Shown: positions 11,701 through 24,100 of the stretch, in pieces | Numbering within the stretch: the first letter of the stretch is position 1 | How the letters are laid out: every line of letters begins with the position of its first letter | IMG/VR virus record: IMGVR_UViG_3300027969_000060 | Location: 32,001 to 96,000 of that record | Length of the DNA stretch: 64,000 nucleotides | Direction: 5' to 3' (one strand) | From: a virus | Translations under genes and position numbers: made by a program | Notes under the pieces: model-generated | Told to the model about the DNA's origin: nothing | The model's database searches: none | What the model saw: only the letters and a program-made list of their open reading frames with translations

Positions 11701-14458
11701 CGCTTAGTCCTGTTGTAATAATTGACACTAAGGTTGTCAGTGTAGTCGTAGTACCTGACTCAGAAGTTAGGCTAGTATCTATAATTTGCTCTGCTTGGTT
11801 AGCCAGTAATACTCCGTTTAGTGTTTGATAATTTGCTACAGGTGCAGAATTAACTAGTACCTTATTTGAAACAGTTACTAGATAATTTAGTGCGCCAACA
11901 AACGCAGTAATATCATATGCATAAACACCGCTAATATAAGCATTACCTGCACTGGTAAAATATGCTAATGCCGCAGATGTTGTTTTAAATGTTCCGCTAT
12001 GACTTATATCAAAAATCAATGCATCAAGAATAATACCTGCATCGCGTTCTGTCTTAGATGAACTATACACATACGAACCAGTCATTGAGCCTGAACCAGC
12101 AGTTAATGTTCTACGAGTTACATCTGCATAATTATTTTTAATACCAAATGTTGTAGTGTTAGGAATATCAAATATGTAGTAGGTTACGCCGGCAGTTACA
12201 CCGCCAGTTGTTCCCGTAAAGCTAATTGGCATGCCAACATATAAACCTGCAGTTGAATTACATGTGAATACTGTTGTTGATGCAGATGCTACTGTTGTAG
12301 TATTTGTATACTGAACAAAATTATTAACCTCTTTAGTTATAAATTGTTTATTTTTAGCTAGTAATGCGGCAGCATTGGGATTCAAATAGCCGTCCTCAAC
12401 TTGTTTTGCCGCATAGCGAACAGTTCTCCAGGGTTTATCCATAGTTAACCCTTGGCCGTTTCCAAGAACGTCAACACCGTTCAATGCAACATACACTACA
12501 TTATTAATAACACCAAAATAAGACCATGCCGGAGTATTGTTGTTTACACGTAGTACTTGTCCATCAGTGCCGATTGGTAGGCGAGTTGGGCCAGCACCGC
12601 CATAATAAATTGTATCACCTTGGGTTGTCAATATAGAAGTAATCGAACCAACTGACATTACGTTCCAGTAAGTACCTGTTGTGTCGTTATCAGGGCGGTT
12701 GCCGTTTGATCCGGTATGAGCTAATATACAAATATAAGTGTTAACACCCATCAGTACTGCATCACCTAATACATAATCAACACCAGTTTTCCATGATACT
12801 GCAACCCCAGCAACTGACACTGCGGTTATAGCCCCACTAGGTGCAGTGACTGTGATAATAATATCATTAGCTGGAGTAATACCGCCAACTTGAGTACCTA
12901 ATATTTTAATAGTGTTACTAGTTGCATATCCAGATCCTGTAGCATTGACTGTAACTGTATATTTTGTGTTAGACAACGCAACATCGAATGTTGCGCTAGT
13001 GCCTGTACCGACAATGTTTGTGCCACTTAGGCCTGTAAATGTTTGGCCCGTTGCCGCCCATTTAACACCACTATTTAAGCGTGACCAGTAGGTTAGGTTT
13101 GGTGGGGTATTGCCGGTGTGGTCAAGGATTGCTACATAGGTGTAACCGTTTAGTCTTACTACCTGGCCAACTTTATATGCAGTTGCATTTGACCAGTCGC
13201 CCTGGAAACTAAATCCAGTAGTAAATAAATCCCAATCAGAAATATAAGCAGTAGGAGTTTTATTAGTATTATTTGTTTTAGCTACGTATGCATATCCACC
13301 ATAGGATACTATGTCACCTGGTTGGTAAACTTCTGAGCTTGACCAACTATTTTCAAATTCTAATCCGCCAACAAATATAACCCAGTTTGCTTCTGCAAAT
13401 GTACCGGAAGATGTATGGTCAGTTGTACAAATCCAAAGGTCTGCTCCAAATTTTACAATATCGTTTTTGCGATAGCGAACAGCGGCACCTGTGATTGTAA
13501 TTTGTGCTCCAACACTGCCTGTTGTTTGTGAAAAGTTTACAGTATATGTTCCGGTAGTTCCTGGGAATGTACCAGTTAACAATTCAGTAATAGTAGTTCC
13601 AGAGGTTACTCCAGCACCAGATAATACTTGACCAATAGATAAATGTCCAGATGATACTGCACTAACAGTTAATGTTGTTCCAGAAATATATCCAGTAACG
13701 CTGGCGCCTGATGACCAGTAACCTAAATATTTAATACCTTTATGGAACGGATCCCATAGCCCCTGATCTGCTTCTAAACCTGATGCAAGAGTGGCGGCAG
13801 ATTGATGGCCTGTATTACATACGTAAGTGATGCCACCGTATAAAATAACATCGTTTTGTTTGTAACGTGTATTAATAGTCCACTGGCCAATCCAATCAAA
13901 TCCTTTGGCGTAAATATCCCATTTACTTAGGTCTTGTTCGAGACCATCAGAGTCAGTATTGTTAGTAGCTGAACTTGTATGCCCAGTATTACAGATATAA
14001 CTGATACCACCGTATCTAACAACGTCATCTGTTTTGTATCGAGTACCGGTAGTCCAGTCGTTCTTCCAGTCTAAACTTGCGGCAAATAAATCCCATTTAT
14101 TTTGATCTGCTTCCAAGCCCGCAGTTACTTCTGGGCTAGTACCAGATGTTGCTAGTACATTGCTTTGATGTCCGGTGTTACATAAGTAAACTCTGCCGCC
14201 AAATCGTACTAGGTCGTTAATCTTGTAATATGTATCAGTATCCCAATCGCCCTTCCAGCTTGTGCCGTCAGCAATTTGGTTCCAACGTGTCGGACCATGG
14301 TTTAGGTCGACGTAGAAATCTGCATTGGCAGTATGTCCTGCTACGCAAACAAACGTCTTACCACCGTATCTTACAACATCGTCTTTTACGTATGTTGTAG
14401 ATGCACTCCAGTTGTTTTTCCAAACAAAGCGGATTCTACCTAGTTTAAATTCAGCCAT
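5774..14458 (-). CDS. Giant tail fibre / virion appendage protein (2894 aa)
   Basis: N-terminal CBM5/12-like repeats (WxxxTxYxxxDVVxYGGxxYxC), pectin-lyase-like segment (YVALNG.D...G....PWRTV..A; [13 protein letters not shown]; RSPY.QN), T/G/S-rich beta repeats, beta-propeller-like WxxxAYGxGxFVA repeats, C-terminal [13 protein letters not shown]. Confidence 0.8.
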   Translation of the reverse strand: MAEFKLGRIRFVWKNNWSASTTYVKDDVVRYGGKTFVCVAGHTANADFYVDLNHGPTRWNQIADGTSWKGDWDTDTYYKINDLVRFGGRVYLCNTGHQSNVLATSGTSPEVTAGLEADQNKWDLFAASLDWKNDWTTGTRYKTDDVVRYGGISYICNTGHTSSATNNTDSDGLEQDLSKWDIYAKGFDWIGQWTINTRYKQNDVILYGGITYVCNTGHQSAATLASGLEADQGLWDPFHKGIKYLGYWSSGASVTGYISGTTLTVSAVSSGHLSIGQVLSGAGVTSGTTITELLTGTFPGTTGTYTVNFSQTTGSVGAQITITGAAVRYRKNDIVKFGADLWICTTDHTSSGTFAEANWVIFVGGLEFENSWSSSEVYQPGDIVSYGGYAYVAKTNNTNKTPTAYISDWDLFTTGFSFQGDWSNATAYKVGQVVRLNGYTYVAILDHTGNTPPNLTYWSRLNSGVKWAATGQTFTGLSGTNIVGTGTSATFDVALSNTKYTVTVNATGSGYATSNTIKILGTQVGGITPANDIIITVTAPSGAITAVSVAGVAVSWKTGVDYVLGDAVLMGVNTYICILAHTGSNGNRPDNDTTGTYWNVMSVGSITSILTTQGDTIYYGGAGPTRLPIGTDGQVLRVNNNTPAWSYFGVINNVVYVALNGVDVLGNGQGLTMDKPWRTVRYAAKQVEDGYLNPNAAALLAKNKQFITKEVNNFVQYTNTTTVASASTTVFTCNSTAGLYVGMPISFTGTTGGVTAGVTYYIFDIPNTTTFGIKNNYADVTRRTLTAGSGSMTGSYVYSSSKTERDAGIILDALIFDISHSGTFKTTSAALAYFTSAGNAYISGVYAYDITAFVGALNYLVTVSNKVLVNSAPVANYQTLNGVLLANQAEQIIDTSLTSESGTTTTLTTLVSIITTGLSAGTTSAIPSVINPGTTISVKTGTYLEILPIVVPRNTAVVGDELRSSVIQPAGAVTNLVNDKPKTISVLTRMKAIIPTLVANGTVTPTTGNTTAQVTTLPVGDVGSTAAVSSVLTNGATIRNILQNTITAAPAFTFTNPTGYNVGFLTGYGDGKAQVVQNYQYIKTYISQYLFNNYLSVYNAINVATCQRDIGYLLDALQYDMTYGGNTQTLIAGSSYFTSSALNIASTEKTATLAAYTTLKTMISNIVLKTTPTVNSPNTTFSTTGYISGTTLTISSAVTGTIMVGHVLTMVGSTAGTYITGYIAGGAGSGSTWTVSASQTVGSSGSPVAVSGANPTQTTAGTAGSAGAATFAQARIQDIIDWITNGTAPATVAPTAAIALSSTALQNGYNALQAARSEIQADTVAWVQKFYQSMNFNSATCSRDTGYIVDALSYDLVFGTNFNSVKAGMAYYRATTSAQYVINNQLTAEIGAVNFIAQKARQIAAYGSATQIGTIIDDMILSIAGTITTTASATAVGGNITVGSTAGMVVGMPIVFNGSTGGISVNQTYWIISIVDATTIQVTSTFGSATPITLTNTSSLLTATAGGGFEYAGTNTYNNVLSTIKGVEILRANTAFLANEATAWVTQSYGGTVTTTTQSTGRFTTSSAHNFTIGDPVTFTGGSLLGGVILGSTYYVLTVPSGTEFTVASTSVGTSPLIINNGSGSMTVRYQFSQAACQRDMTEYVNGWIYDINYLGNYKSLRSIVSYKNAVSGSIQSDMFYLRNSTGLRNMTVTGLTGTIGAPNIYGTRRPTAGAYSSLDPGYGPTDYNAWISTRSPYTQNLTLFGTGCIGMKIDSSLHAGGNKSIVANDYTTIISDGIGVWCTGSNALTELVSVFAYYSYAGYLAELGGKMRATNGNNSYGTYGSLAEGVDTYETPIYASVNNRYTHAQIGLALTDSVNQIYRLEFTNAGTNYSTASYVGNIGGTGFGATAVGDEFRDGAVFEGRLLSNGANYASITNVAQGGTALGITLAATDSAISAAYVGMRVMVTGGSGVGQQGYFINYNSGTKFGSVAKESFPYTTVTATTTSSTTFVSSGISGTTLTVSAVSVGTIVPGMFVTGGTTTAGTYIVANLTGTGTTASTWQVSISQTTSGATTGTQNTLTLSRATPAYNTMPVILSSAIGGLLAFTTYYAIGVIPGGTTISVGTLSSSTTAQTVSATTGQSVLIHQPGWDHIVPGTTISSSLDLTTAYIIEPRVVFTSPTYTATATTSTSGTWADMAYGDWITTFSSITVSGGTGSSATFNVVKSGLAYTVSVSGAGTGYTVGDTLTILGTNLGGTSANNVVLTVNNVSSPAGAIQNFTYDGVGSGGYFVAIPTSGTGTQISANGTTFIAGGAIASASWTAIAYGAGRWVAVSNGTATANTTDPTVAWTTGGLLTNANWSAITYGNGQFMAVASGTATAAYSTNGTSWSNTAALPANTTWTGVAYGNGVYVAIASGGTQAASSSDGLSWTTRSLPTSATWSSVAFGDGTFVAVASGSTISAYSKDGITWVQSAQGTIQASNWSKVRYGAGLFVAIAGTTSTATIVTSDNGYTWYQQALSTAATWTALAYGNPTRTPQWAFVRTTSLVANSVVMGATTQARVKVSNGAISEVRIIEPGSGYAVTPTMTLIDPNYTSAATWQIRIGNGALASPTFTNRGSQYATATATVTGNGYADIYQTGYYVNVYNLPSSPTPGSNVQFALNGTYYKLVAVNNFLGTDRNSYQGWTAAGGSTPYSARFQISPALTASNNPTHGTLITLRLKYSQVRLTGHDFLSIGTGNTTTTNYPGTPTQPAIPANETVGNGGGRVFYTSTDQDGNFRVGTLFSVQQATGVASINADAFNLAGLNSLTLGSVALGGSGATITSFSTDQYFTANSDNIVPTQKAIKSYISSQIGGGSSALNVNTLTAGVIYIAGNSISTTTGVQINVTATMNFTGGINGLPVAMDFLLLG

Positions 14459-14512
14459 TCAATGCTCCGATTTTCATTATATTGTATTTATTCATTTGTT
14501 AATATTGCTTTT

Positions 14513-17500
14513 TTACTTTCCTGCATCGCTGCCGCCAACGGAAAATCCGTGTGCAAAGAAGCTTTTAGCTAACATAGTTCCGTTAATACCTTTTGTCATT
14601 CTCATAGAGTTTCTAACAAATAGTTGTTGCTGGGTTGACGAGTAAATCCTATTAGGACCACCAACACCAAATGTACCTGCAACAATTGCGCCTGCTTGTG
14701 CATTTGCACCACCACCTGCAATGTTTCTAGCAATATAGGCTTTGATTGCTCTCTGAGTCGGGACAATACTATCACTATTTGCTGTAAAATAACTATCAGT
14801 ACTAAACTGTGTAATTACTACAGAGTTTGTTCCTAACTGGAATCCGCCAAGTGACAGTGTTTGTAGACCTGTTAAACTCAACTGATCTGCTGAAATTGTA
14901 ACAATACCAGATGCTTGTTGTACCGCAAACAAGTTACCAACTTTAAAGTTGCCGTCTTGGTCTGTTGAAGTTTGGAATACTCGTCCTCCGTTATTTTCAG
15001 CAATTTGCTGGTATGGAAGTGCTGTATTAACATCAACATTTGGATAATTCGTCGTTTCTTTATTTCCAGTACCAATTAACAAGAAGTCATGTCCTGTAAT
15101 ACGGCACTGGCTATATTTTTGTCGAATATTGATACTTGTATTATGCTCAGGTGCTAATAAAATAGTCAACGGAGGACTTATTTGGAATTGCGCTTTATTT
15201 GCACCTAAGTCGGTAATAAGAACAATTCGATACTGATTAGGGTTACCGTTGATTGTTAAAGCGGCGCCTGGAGTTGGTAAAAATCCTAAGTTAGAAACTG
15301 TTAAGAATTTGCTAGGTTGATATATATCAGCATAGCCGTCTCCTGATTGAACTGTTATAACTGTTGTCGATGTCCTGTATCCTGTACCTCGATTAACAAA
15401 AGTTGGATTTCCCAAGACCTTGTTACCTATTCGCGCTAGTGTTGTAACAAATGATGTTGGATTAGGATCAGTAACCCCTAGTGTAGCTGAAATATATCCA
15501 CTGCCGGGCTCTAACAGTTTAATAGCACTAATTTTATTAGAAGCTACAGTAGCTCGACCAAACGCCTGAGCTCCGCATGCCACGGCTAATCCGCTAGCCG
15601 ACGAAGATACTACGGAAAATAGTGGAGTTGAGTTAGTATTACCAAATGCAACGCTTGCCCACGATCCAGACGATGATAAGGTACGTTGAGTCCATACAAT
15701 ACCGTCAGGACTAGATAGCGCGGTCGAAGTCCCGTTGCCGACTACTATAAAAGTTCCTTGGCCGTATGTAATTTGTTGCCAGGATGCTGTTACAGGCATT
15801 GTGCTAGCTGTCCAAAGTTTGCCATCGAATGAGTATGCGGCTGCACTTCCTCCAGTGGAAATTGCAACAAATCTACCATTTCCCCATATAACAGAAATCC
15901 AGTTTGACGAAGTTGGTAGCTGAACGTTAGTCTGCGTTATGCCGCCGTCTGTAGAATATGTTGTAAGCCACGTTGTTCCGTTGTCTAATGAGTATGTGGC
16001 AATATTACTACTTCCTGCAATAGCAACCCACACACCAATGTTACTGTATGCAATAGATTTCCAACTAGCAGTAGTAGGTAATGTTACTGCGCTCCATGTT
16101 GATCCATTAATAGAGCTTGAAGCAACTGCACTACTTGTAGTTTGTAAAGCAATATAATTATTATTACCCCATGCAATATCAGCGTGGCCGCCACCTAATG
16201 TAGTGTTACCCGAAGTCCAAGATGTACCATCAATAGAATATGCTATACTGCTACTATTAGAAGTTATTGCATAGAAAAATCCGCCGACAAATTTTAGTTT
16301 TGCATACGTTCCGGTGGGCAAGGCAGTACCTGTAGTCCAAGCTGTTCCATTTAATGAATTTGCAGTTGCTCCTGTTGAGGTCATTGCAATATATTTTCCG
16401 TTGCCGTATGTAACTGATACCCAGCCAGTAGTAGGTAATGTTACCGCGCTTGAAGAATAGCTTGGTTGGCTAAATCTAACACATGGCTCAATTGAATATA
16501 CGCTGGTTGAATCTAATAAGGCAACCGCCGGGGTGCCGCTAACAATATTTTGCCATCCTACTGCATGTACATCCATCTTTGTTCCATAAGTTTGTGTAGT
16601 TACTGATTGAATTGTTCCGCCAAAACTTGTAGATATTGAAAACTTTGTTGCTGAATAGTTTGTTGCAATTACATAATAAATTTGTCCTGCTGTTAAGCCG
16701 CCTAACATTCCGCCAGCTACTGTGGCCATTTGTCCCGAACCGTTAGTTAATGTTTTTACTGGACCTTGATAGGTATCACTAATAGTAATTTGATTTCCTA
16801 TAATTGCATTAATAATATAATACGTTGCTCCACTTACAATTCCGCCAAATGTTGTTCCGGAAAACACAATTTGTTCTCCAATAACCATTCCTGCAGAGGA
16901 GGTTAGGGTTATTAAATTATTAGTTCCAGTAATTGTAATTGGTACTGCTTGACTACCAACTACTTGTGCTACACTAATTTGCCAAGTACTTCCGCTACCG
17001 GTTCCGGCATTATTAGCTGTGATGTATGTGCCGCTAGTTACCCCAGCCCCAGTCAAGGTCATACCAACTGCAACGGCTCCGGCACCCATTGAAACAACAT
17101 ATAATGTGTTGCCTGCAATATAAGCAGTAGTCATTGTAGCAATAGTACGAATAGTCTGGAAAGCAGTAGTATTTTGTTGAGTAGGAACAAAAACAATTGC
17201 ACTGCCGGGAGTAAATCCAGCGGTTGTTGGTACATTAATTGTATTATCTATAGCGGAGGTAGACGACGATGTTTGTTGTGTAACACTTTCATTGGCAATG
17301 GTTGCAATTTTACCAACAGCATCGTAGCCTGCAATGTATCCGTATTGTCCAACACCAGTACCAGATGTAACTATTAATCTCATACCATAGTAAGTAGCAA
17401 ACGTATTTTGATCGTTACTTGCAATGGTAATTGTTTGAGTATTTCCAGCCTGTGCTTGGTTAACTGCGGTGATATATCCTAATCCACCTGCGGCAAAATC

Positions 17501-20434
17501 GCTACCTAAAATTCTAACTTCATATACTCCACCATCGCGGAACTCGTCACCGACTGCAATTGCGCCGGTTCCTGATCCGCCAAACGCATAAGTTACACCA
17601 GTATATTCTTGCCCAGCATTAGAATATTCAAATTTTAAAATTTTGTTAGTTGCTTCACCAATAAACGCGGCAGCAATCTGAGCTTGTTGATTTCTGTTAT
17701 TTACAGTTGCAGTGATTGGACTTTCTGTTGTATCATATCCTTCGGCAACGCAACCAAAATTTCCATAAGATGTGTTACCGTTAGTAGCACGAATACGTCC
17801 GCCGTCTTCTGCTAGGTAACCGCAATGGCCGTAATATGAGAACACTGATACTAATTCTGTTAATGATCCTGTTCCAGTACACCAAGCACCAATTCCAGCA
17901 GATAAAATTGTTGTAAAGTCGTTAGCAACAATAGATTTATTACCACCGTTGTGTAATGTTCCATCAATCTTTACGCCAACACATCCTTGTCCAAACATTG
18001 ATACGTTTTGGGCATAAGGAGATTTTGTAGTAATTTGCACTGATGTATCATTTGGGCCAGTGCCTGGATCCAGTGATACGTAAGCTCCCGCTGTTGGGCG
18101 TCTTGTTCCGTAACTATTAGGGCTACCTAATCCGCCAAGTAAACCAGTTAAGGTCATGTTTCGAATACCAGTTGCATTTGCAACTAAGAACATATTTTTA
18201 ATTGCATCTCCGCCATACACATTAACTGTTTGACTAGTTGACTCAGATAAACTAACTGCGGCTGTACCGCCGTTAATGTTAGAAATTTTAAAACTTGTTG
18301 GAGTTATAGTTGAACCAATAACATAGTATGTTTGGCCAATTGTTAGTCCAGCAAATCCACCTGCTATAACAGCCATTGCTCCTTGAGCATCGGTTACTGC
18401 AAACGTCGGGCCGTTATAACTTGCACTAATTGTAATAGTTTGTGTTGCCGAGTCGTATGTTTTAATATAATATACTTGGCCTGAAACCAGCCCACCAAGA
18501 CTTGCACCGTTAAACACAATAGTTTCATTTACATATAAATTAGCAACATACGCTAACGTAATTTTATTAGTTGAGGCAACTGTGGCAAGAGCTGTAGTAA
18601 TTAATGTTTCAACTACAAACTGAATAGGATCGTTTGCTGATATACCAACAGTAGTGTTTAATGTAATTATTCCTGTTGCGCTACTTGATGCAGTAGCAAT
18701 ACAGTTAATAATTTTTGCTGGTTGGATTACTGTTCCGCGAAGTTCATCGCCTACTAGAGCAACACCTGCTGGTACCCTGATTGGCAATGTTTCACCGTAT
18801 GTACCAGTTTTAATAAAAATTGTGGCAGGTCCAGCAACTTGACTACACGCATATTTTACAGTTTTCCACGGAGTAGATATTGTTGTACCGTATGATGCAG
18901 TGTCAACTCCGGTAGGTGACACGTAATAGACCTTTCCAATAATTCCCCAATTATCCCATGACGGGATCGGCAGGTAATTGTTAGTACTGAGTGTTCTAGT
19001 CTTTAATAAATTTCCTTCACCACCAATAGGAGTTGCGGTCCACTGACTGTTGTTATAGGTTTGAATATCACCTTGATATTGTAATGTTTCAAACTGATCA
19101 CCTCGAACATATATAACCCAATATATGTTTGTGGTATCTTGTGCTGGAGCTAATATTGCACCAGAAGTATGTTTAACAAGACAAATATAAGAAGTTGAAT
19201 AATAAGTAACAACGTCGCCGACTACATATACTTGATCTGCGGCCCAGCCGCCGCGCCAGTACATACCTGGATTTACTAATTCCCATTTACTAGTATCTGT
19301 AGGTTCAATACTTACGCTATCCATGATCGCAACATACAAATATCCATCTCTTCGAATAAGGTCGCCAGTGCGATAATTACCAACCGAGGTCCAATCGCCC
19401 ATTATGTTGTAATTTTTAACTACTAGTGTCCAACTGATTAGGTCGGTTGACGGAATATTATTAATATTATTTTGAACATTGCTTGTATACTGATATCCAC
19501 CATATGTAACAACATCGCCTTTATCGTAAGCTATTGAATTTAACCATGCATTTGCAAATTCTAAGCCTGGAACCCAAATTTTAAAACTTGCTGTATCAAA
19601 AGTACTAGTCGATTGGTGTGCAACAATACAGATATATAAATCTGGTCCTTGTTTTACTACATCGTTCAACTTGTATCGTGTCAGTGCCTGCCACGTAAAT
19701 TTGTAATCTATTCCAGTGTGTACAATTTCCCATTTTAAAATGTCAGGATCTATACCAACAGTTGCAGTTGCTCCGCTAATGTGTGCATCAGTACACTTAT
19801 AAATAATCCCGCCGTATCGAACTACATCACTTAGTTTGTAACGAGTCAAAGGAGCCCAGTCAGTCTTCCAATCATTGGCATACAGGACTGCATCCCAGTA
19901 TGCTTGATGAGATTCAAGGCCGCCTGGGAACGATGTAGTAGATGAACTAGTATGACCAAAATTACATCTATAAATTGTTCCGCCGTATCGAACTAGATCG
20001 TTTAATCGATAACGAGTATTAATGGTCCATGCTTTGAGCCAGTCGTCTGTGACTGCATAACGTGCCCACTTGCTTTGGTCTACTTCAAGTCCGCTGGCAA
20101 TAGTTGTTGCTGAGGTATGGCTAGTAATACAAATATAGACAATGCTGTTATATCGAATATAATCACCAAGGTTATATAGTGTATTAGTTGACCAAGTGTT
20201 CCTCCACTCGTAGCCGTCTAACCATAATTGCCATTTTGGCGCGGCCTCGTCTGGCGTTGTAGAAACATCAATATAATTTAAATCGGTATTAAAATCTGCA
20301 GACGAAGTATGCCCAACTAGACATACGTATGATTTACCACGGTAACGAACAATATCGTCTTTGGTATATGCCGTGTTGGTTACCCATGTATCTTTCCATG
20401 TAAATCTAATTCGGTTTATCTTAAAATCTGCCAT
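14513..20434 (-). CDS. Giant tail fibre / virion appendage protein (1973 aa), paralogue of 5774..14458
   Basis: Same N-terminus (MA[DE]FK[IL]xRIRFxWK), CBM-like repeats, GNKSIVAND(F/Y)TT, propeller repeats and [13 protein letters not shown]-terminal block. Confidence 0.8.
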   Translation of the reverse strand: MADFKINRIRFTWKDTWVTNTAYTKDDIVRYRGKSYVCLVGHTSSADFNTDLNYIDVSTTPDEAAPKWQLWLDGYEWRNTWSTNTLYNLGDYIRYNSIVYICITSHTSATTIASGLEVDQSKWARYAVTDDWLKAWTINTRYRLNDLVRYGGTIYRCNFGHTSSSTTSFPGGLESHQAYWDAVLYANDWKTDWAPLTRYKLSDVVRYGGIIYKCTDAHISGATATVGIDPDILKWEIVHTGIDYKFTWQALTRYKLNDVVKQGPDLYICIVAHQSTSTFDTASFKIWVPGLEFANAWLNSIAYDKGDVVTYGGYQYTSNVQNNINNIPSTDLISWTLVVKNYNIMGDWTSVGNYRTGDLIRRDGYLYVAIMDSVSIEPTDTSKWELVNPGMYWRGGWAADQVYVVGDVVTYYSTSYICLVKHTSGAILAPAQDTTNIYWVIYVRGDQFETLQYQGDIQTYNNSQWTATPIGGEGNLLKTRTLSTNNYLPIPSWDNWGIIGKVYYVSPTGVDTASYGTTISTPWKTVKYACSQVAGPATIFIKTGTYGETLPIRVPAGVALVGDELRGTVIQPAKIINCIATASSSATGIITLNTTVGISANDPIQFVVETLITTALATVASTNKITLAYVANLYVNETIVFNGASLGGLVSGQVYYIKTYDSATQTITISASYNGPTFAVTDAQGAMAVIAGGFAGLTIGQTYYVIGSTITPTSFKISNINGGTAAVSLSESTSQTVNVYGGDAIKNMFLVANATGIRNMTLTGLLGGLGSPNSYGTRRPTAGAYVSLDPGTGPNDTSVQITTKSPYAQNVSMFGQGCVGVKIDGTLHNGGNKSIVANDFTTILSAGIGAWCTGTGSLTELVSVFSYYGHCGYLAEDGGRIRATNGNTSYGNFGCVAEGYDTTESPITATVNNRNQQAQIAAAFIGEATNKILKFEYSNAGQEYTGVTYAFGGSGTGAIAVGDEFRDGGVYEVRILGSDFAAGGLGYITAVNQAQAGNTQTITIASNDQNTFATYYGMRLIVTSGTGVGQYGYIAGYDAVGKIATIANESVTQQTSSSTSAIDNTINVPTTAGFTPGSAIVFVPTQQNTTAFQTIRTIATMTTAYIAGNTLYVVSMGAGAVAVGMTLTGAGVTSGTYITANNAGTGSGSTWQISVAQVVGSQAVPITITGTNNLITLTSSAGMVIGEQIVFSGTTFGGIVSGATYYIINAIIGNQITISDTYQGPVKTLTNGSGQMATVAGGMLGGLTAGQIYYVIATNYSATKFSISTSFGGTIQSVTTQTYGTKMDVHAVGWQNIVSGTPAVALLDSTSVYSIEPCVRFSQPSYSSSAVTLPTTGWVSVTYGNGKYIAMTSTGATANSLNGTAWTTGTALPTGTYAKLKFVGGFFYAITSNSSSIAYSIDGTSWTSGNTTLGGGHADIAWGNNNYIALQTTSSAVASSSINGSTWSAVTLPTTASWKSIAYSNIGVWVAIAGSSNIATYSLDNGTTWLTTYSTDGGITQTNVQLPTSSNWISVIWGNGRFVAISTGGSAAAYSFDGKLWTASTMPVTASWQQITYGQGTFIVVGNGTSTALSSPDGIVWTQRTLSSSGSWASVAFGNTNSTPLFSVVSSSASGLAVACGAQAFGRATVASNKISAIKLLEPGSGYISATLGVTDPNPTSFVTTLARIGNKVLGNPTFVNRGTGYRTSTTVITVQSGDGYADIYQPSKFLTVSNLGFLPTPGAALTINGNPNQYRIVLITDLGANKAQFQISPPLTILLAPEHNTSINIRQKYSQCRITGHDFLLIGTGNKETTNYPNVDVNTALPYQQIAENNGGRVFQTSTDQDGNFKVGNLFAVQQASGIVTISADQLSLTGLQTLSLGGFQLGTNSVVITQFSTDSYFTANSDSIVPTQRAIKAYIARNIAGGGANAQAGAIVAGTFGVGGPNRIYSSTQQQLFVRNSMRMTKGINGTMLAKSFFAHGFSVGGSDAGK

Positions 20435-20462
20435 TATCTACCTCAATATTTTTAATTTTGTA

Positions 20463-20470
20463 TATTTATA
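20463..20470 (-). promoter_or_regulatory. T4-type late promoter TATAAATA (representative of a recurring ATAAATA box)
   Basis: Same box, on the strand of the downstream gene, at 5436-5442, 14485-14491, 26261-26267, 29502-29508, 32959-32965, 37605-37611, 41750-41756, 43827-43833 (all -) and 41731-41738, 49183-49189, 54635-54641 (+). A gp55-like sigma gene is present in the window. Confidence 0.8.
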
Positions 20471-20825
20471 CGCCGCTTGGGTACTGGTATTTTGTATCTA
20501 CTCTTACAACTAGTTGTCCGTCATCATCAATATAATAATACAAATTTCTGTTGTCCCAACGCATTTGTTCAAAATTTAAATTTTCAAAAACTAGCTCGTG
20601 TATTGCATCGCGGCCCTCAAAGAAATCTACACCTACTTCAAAATCTGGATAGTTGCCGTCTGCTGTTCCGTCGTTGTTAATCTGAATACTGTCTTCTCTA
20701 CTAAGTTGATTAACTCGTGTAAAATACAATACTCCGTCATCTGTTCTGCGTAGGGCATAAAAGTACTTGGGAGTATCTCCCAATACATCTTCTTGTGACC
20801 TGCCAAATTGATAATTGCTTGCCAT
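20466..20825 (-). CDS. Hypothetical virion-associated protein (119 aa)
   Basis: GGAG RBS; tightly packed in the fibre operon; YFYALRRTDDG.LYF motif. Confidence 0.5.
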   Translation of the reverse strand: MASNYQFGRSQEDVLGDTPKYFYALRRTDDGVLYFTRVNQLSREDSIQINNDGTADGNYPDFEVGVDFFEGRDAIHELVFENLNFEQMRWDNRNLYYYIDDDGQLVVRVDTKYQYPSGV

Positions 20826-20836
20826 AATAAATCTCC

Positions 20837-21166
20837 TTAAACAATCTCGGCGTAACTAGCAATTAGATCAATGCTATTTGCCGTATCGCTTACTATTGTC
20901 ATTGTTGTACTTTCTGCTAGAATAATCTTTTCACCATTTGTTACTATCTTTGCACTAGTATACGGATCTATTACTAGTCCTTTGATATAGTACCCGGTTA
21001 CTGCGGTTGAATCAGTTATAGTGATGTCAACTATCACAACTTCGTCTGTAGTGTTTGCTAGATTGCAACCGATCAATGTAAATCTGTTGCCGGGACTAGT
21101 TTCTAATACATCAACAGGTGTTGTACCGATGTTCTTTGCTACTTTTGTTCTAAAGAATGATGCCAT
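20837..21166 (-). CDS. Small beta-rich virion/fibre-associated protein (109 aa)
   Basis: LIGCNLANTT...GEKIILA pattern shared with 30281..30601 and 5439..5759; follows the 1650-aa gene. Confidence 0.55.
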   Translation of the reverse strand: MASFFRTKVAKNIGTTPVDVLETSPGNRFTLIGCNLANTTDEVVIVDITITDSTAVTGYYIKGLVIDPYTSAKIVTNGEKIILAESTTMTIVSDTANSIDLIASYAEIV

Positions 21167-21172
21167 AATTTT

Positions 21173-24100
21173 TTATCCAAATATGAGCGCGGAAGCAATA
21201 CCAATCTCTGTTGCTTCTAAACTCGTTACGCCGCCGGATGCACCTGCAACACTTGACCAAGTTACTCCGTTAAATACTTCTACTAAGTTGTCGTATGTAT
21301 TAAATCGAATCATTCCAATTTCAGGAACTGCAGGCCGATCATTTAATACATCACCGCTTGGAATAACTACACCATTAGAGCCCGCAATCCGTACATACCC
21401 TGTTCCTGTTTCGGAAAATTCTGTAATTGCTCCGCTTACAATATTAGTAATTGTATTGTTAAAAATCTTTAAGTTACCTAAGCGAACCCCGCCGGTACCT
21501 GTTGTTGTTAAATTAAGATTGCTATCTGCTAATACAGGTGTAATAGTATTGCTATATAAATCTAAATTAACTGTTTGAAAACGCTGGGTAAACAATTTTG
21601 TACTGTCTATTGTTGCTGTTAAGTTACCGTCAGCATAAAAATAAAGTGTATTGTCGTTTGCGCCAGGGGTTGCTTCTGCAATAATCTTGGTATTACCATC
21701 AACGTCTTGCAGGCCGCCTAATTTTACCCAATAACCATTATTATATCCTTCATACCTAGTTAGGTCTGAGTTATAACGAATCATACCGTTTGACGGAGTT
21801 CCTGGTTGTTGAGCAGTTGTTCCAACTGGAACTTGAATACTTTGATTACTATTAATTATTACACCGCCGGTGCCTTGTGGTACTAATGTAATATTTGAGT
21901 CTGTAACAATGCTTTGTATATTGTTGTCGCTAAACTTAATGCCTTCTAATACAACATTGCCGATGCCATTGGCCCTTAATTCTAAATCTAAATCTGTCAC
22001 AGTTGTAGAAATTACATTATTCTCAAGTCTAATTTGCGATAATTGCAAATATGTTGAGCCGGTAATATTACCAGTAACTTGCGTATTACCGCTAGTAACA
22101 AAATTACCAGTTTGATTAATGTTACCAGTCTGCGTAATGTTGCCTGTAACTGTTGTATTTTTTAGATATGTAGTACCGCTAGTTACTGTAAGATTTTGAG
22201 TTACTGTTAAGTTTTGATCAATTTGTACATTGTTGCTTGGAATATAAATTCTTCCTGCACCTGCGGCAGTTAGTGTTAAATCATCATTTCCAATAGATGT
22301 ACTAATTTGATTAGAATCAATAATTACGCCGTCAATTTCAGCACGACTTAAGAACGCTGTATTCCACCGTAATAAACTTGTGCCTAAATCATAGAACGCT
22401 GTCAGTGACGGAATTAAACTACTGTCAATGCTAGCAACAAAATTAATAGTGTCAGTACTTTGATCACCAATAGTAATATTTCCGCCAATGGTAATATCGC
22501 CTGTAACATCTAAGTTACCTGTAACAAACGTATTGTTTTGTAAATTAATTACACCGTTGGCAGCAGTAACATCAATTTGCCCTGTGGTAGAATCAATGTT
22601 ATTATCGTGTATTCTGATATTACCAGTAGTAATATCAGTTGAAGTAATAGTTGTAGTATGTGTACCGTCAGTGAATGTAACACCGGTTAAACTAGTAACA
22701 GTTAAGTTTTGATTGTTAAATAAAACTTCGCCAGTTTTTTGATTAATATAAAAATTGTCACCAACTTTGAAGTTTCCTTCATTGTCAACACTAGTATAAT
22801 AAATCTTTGCATCGTTTAATTCTACTACTTCATTAGCGGCAATACGATCGTTAGGATCGTTTGTTGATAGTTTTCCAGCACCTATGTATGCAAAGTTTTG
22901 TGAAATTAAGTAAGCAATAACACCGGGGCCGTCCCCGTACACCCCATAATTACCATAGACACTGGCTGATGCAATTGAACGAATCTCAGCACCGAAGTCT
23001 GAGTAGTCGGCAAAGTCAATTAATGTTGCGGTGCCACCGGCACTAGTTCTTAAGTCTTGGAATGTAATGCCATCGTCTAAAATAGTTGTAGAATTATTGT
23101 TACCGTTAAAATGTAATAATAATACTGTTCCTAAATCGCCTGTCAATGCTGTAGTGGGCGCAGTAAACGTTGTCGTATATCTTGCTACACCTTTACTAAT
23201 TTTTACATCGTCAATATAACCAGTGAATCCGTATGCTCCGCTGTAGTCAGCACCAATGCGTAATGGTTTGGTTGTTCCGTAGTCAGTTATGTCGGCCCAA
23301 GAAGAACCCGACTGTGTGCCATTTAAATATATTTTTGTTGAGGCGTTTCTTCTAACTAATGCTACGTGTGTCCAGGTTGACAACGATACTGTTGCGGCTG
23401 TGGTGATAGTTATAACGCCGTTTACATACAAGTACAGTTGATTGCTAGTATTGATAGCTAGATAAATTGATTTTTCAATAGCGGCTGATCTAAAATCAAA
23501 TAGTGTTCGATATGTTCCGGCTGCTGTAGGATAAATCCACCCCTCAATAGTAAAGTCAGTTGCTGTTCCGTAGGAAGCGTCGTCAACAATGGTTGAATTT
23601 CCGTTGACTAATAATTTAGTATTAAAGTCGTCAACAAATGCTGTAGTAGTAGGAGTAAATGTTGCGGTATATCTTGCGGTATTGCTTACTCTAAAGTCAT
23701 CAATATAACCATTAAATGCTGTTGTTCCGTTGTATTGAGCACCGACTACTAAGGGCTTTGTAGTTCCATAGTTAGTTGTATCAGTATAGGTAGCGGTAGA
23801 TACCACACCATTTATAAAGAATCTTGTCACTCCACTAGCACGAGAGATAGCAACGTGATTCCAAGCATTATTAGTATGAGCATTACTACTTGTTAATACA
23901 AATGCGCCATTTACAAATAATCTTAAAGAGCCTGAACCGTTAGACTGAACAACAACGGAGTTTTCAGTTAGGGTTGTTCTTGTATCAAACAAATATTGTG
24001 TAGATACTGCTGTTTTATAGAACCAGCCTTCAATAGTAAAGTCCCCAGTTCCAAATCCATAATCTGTATCTGTAGCAAGACTAAGATAGTCACCTGTACC

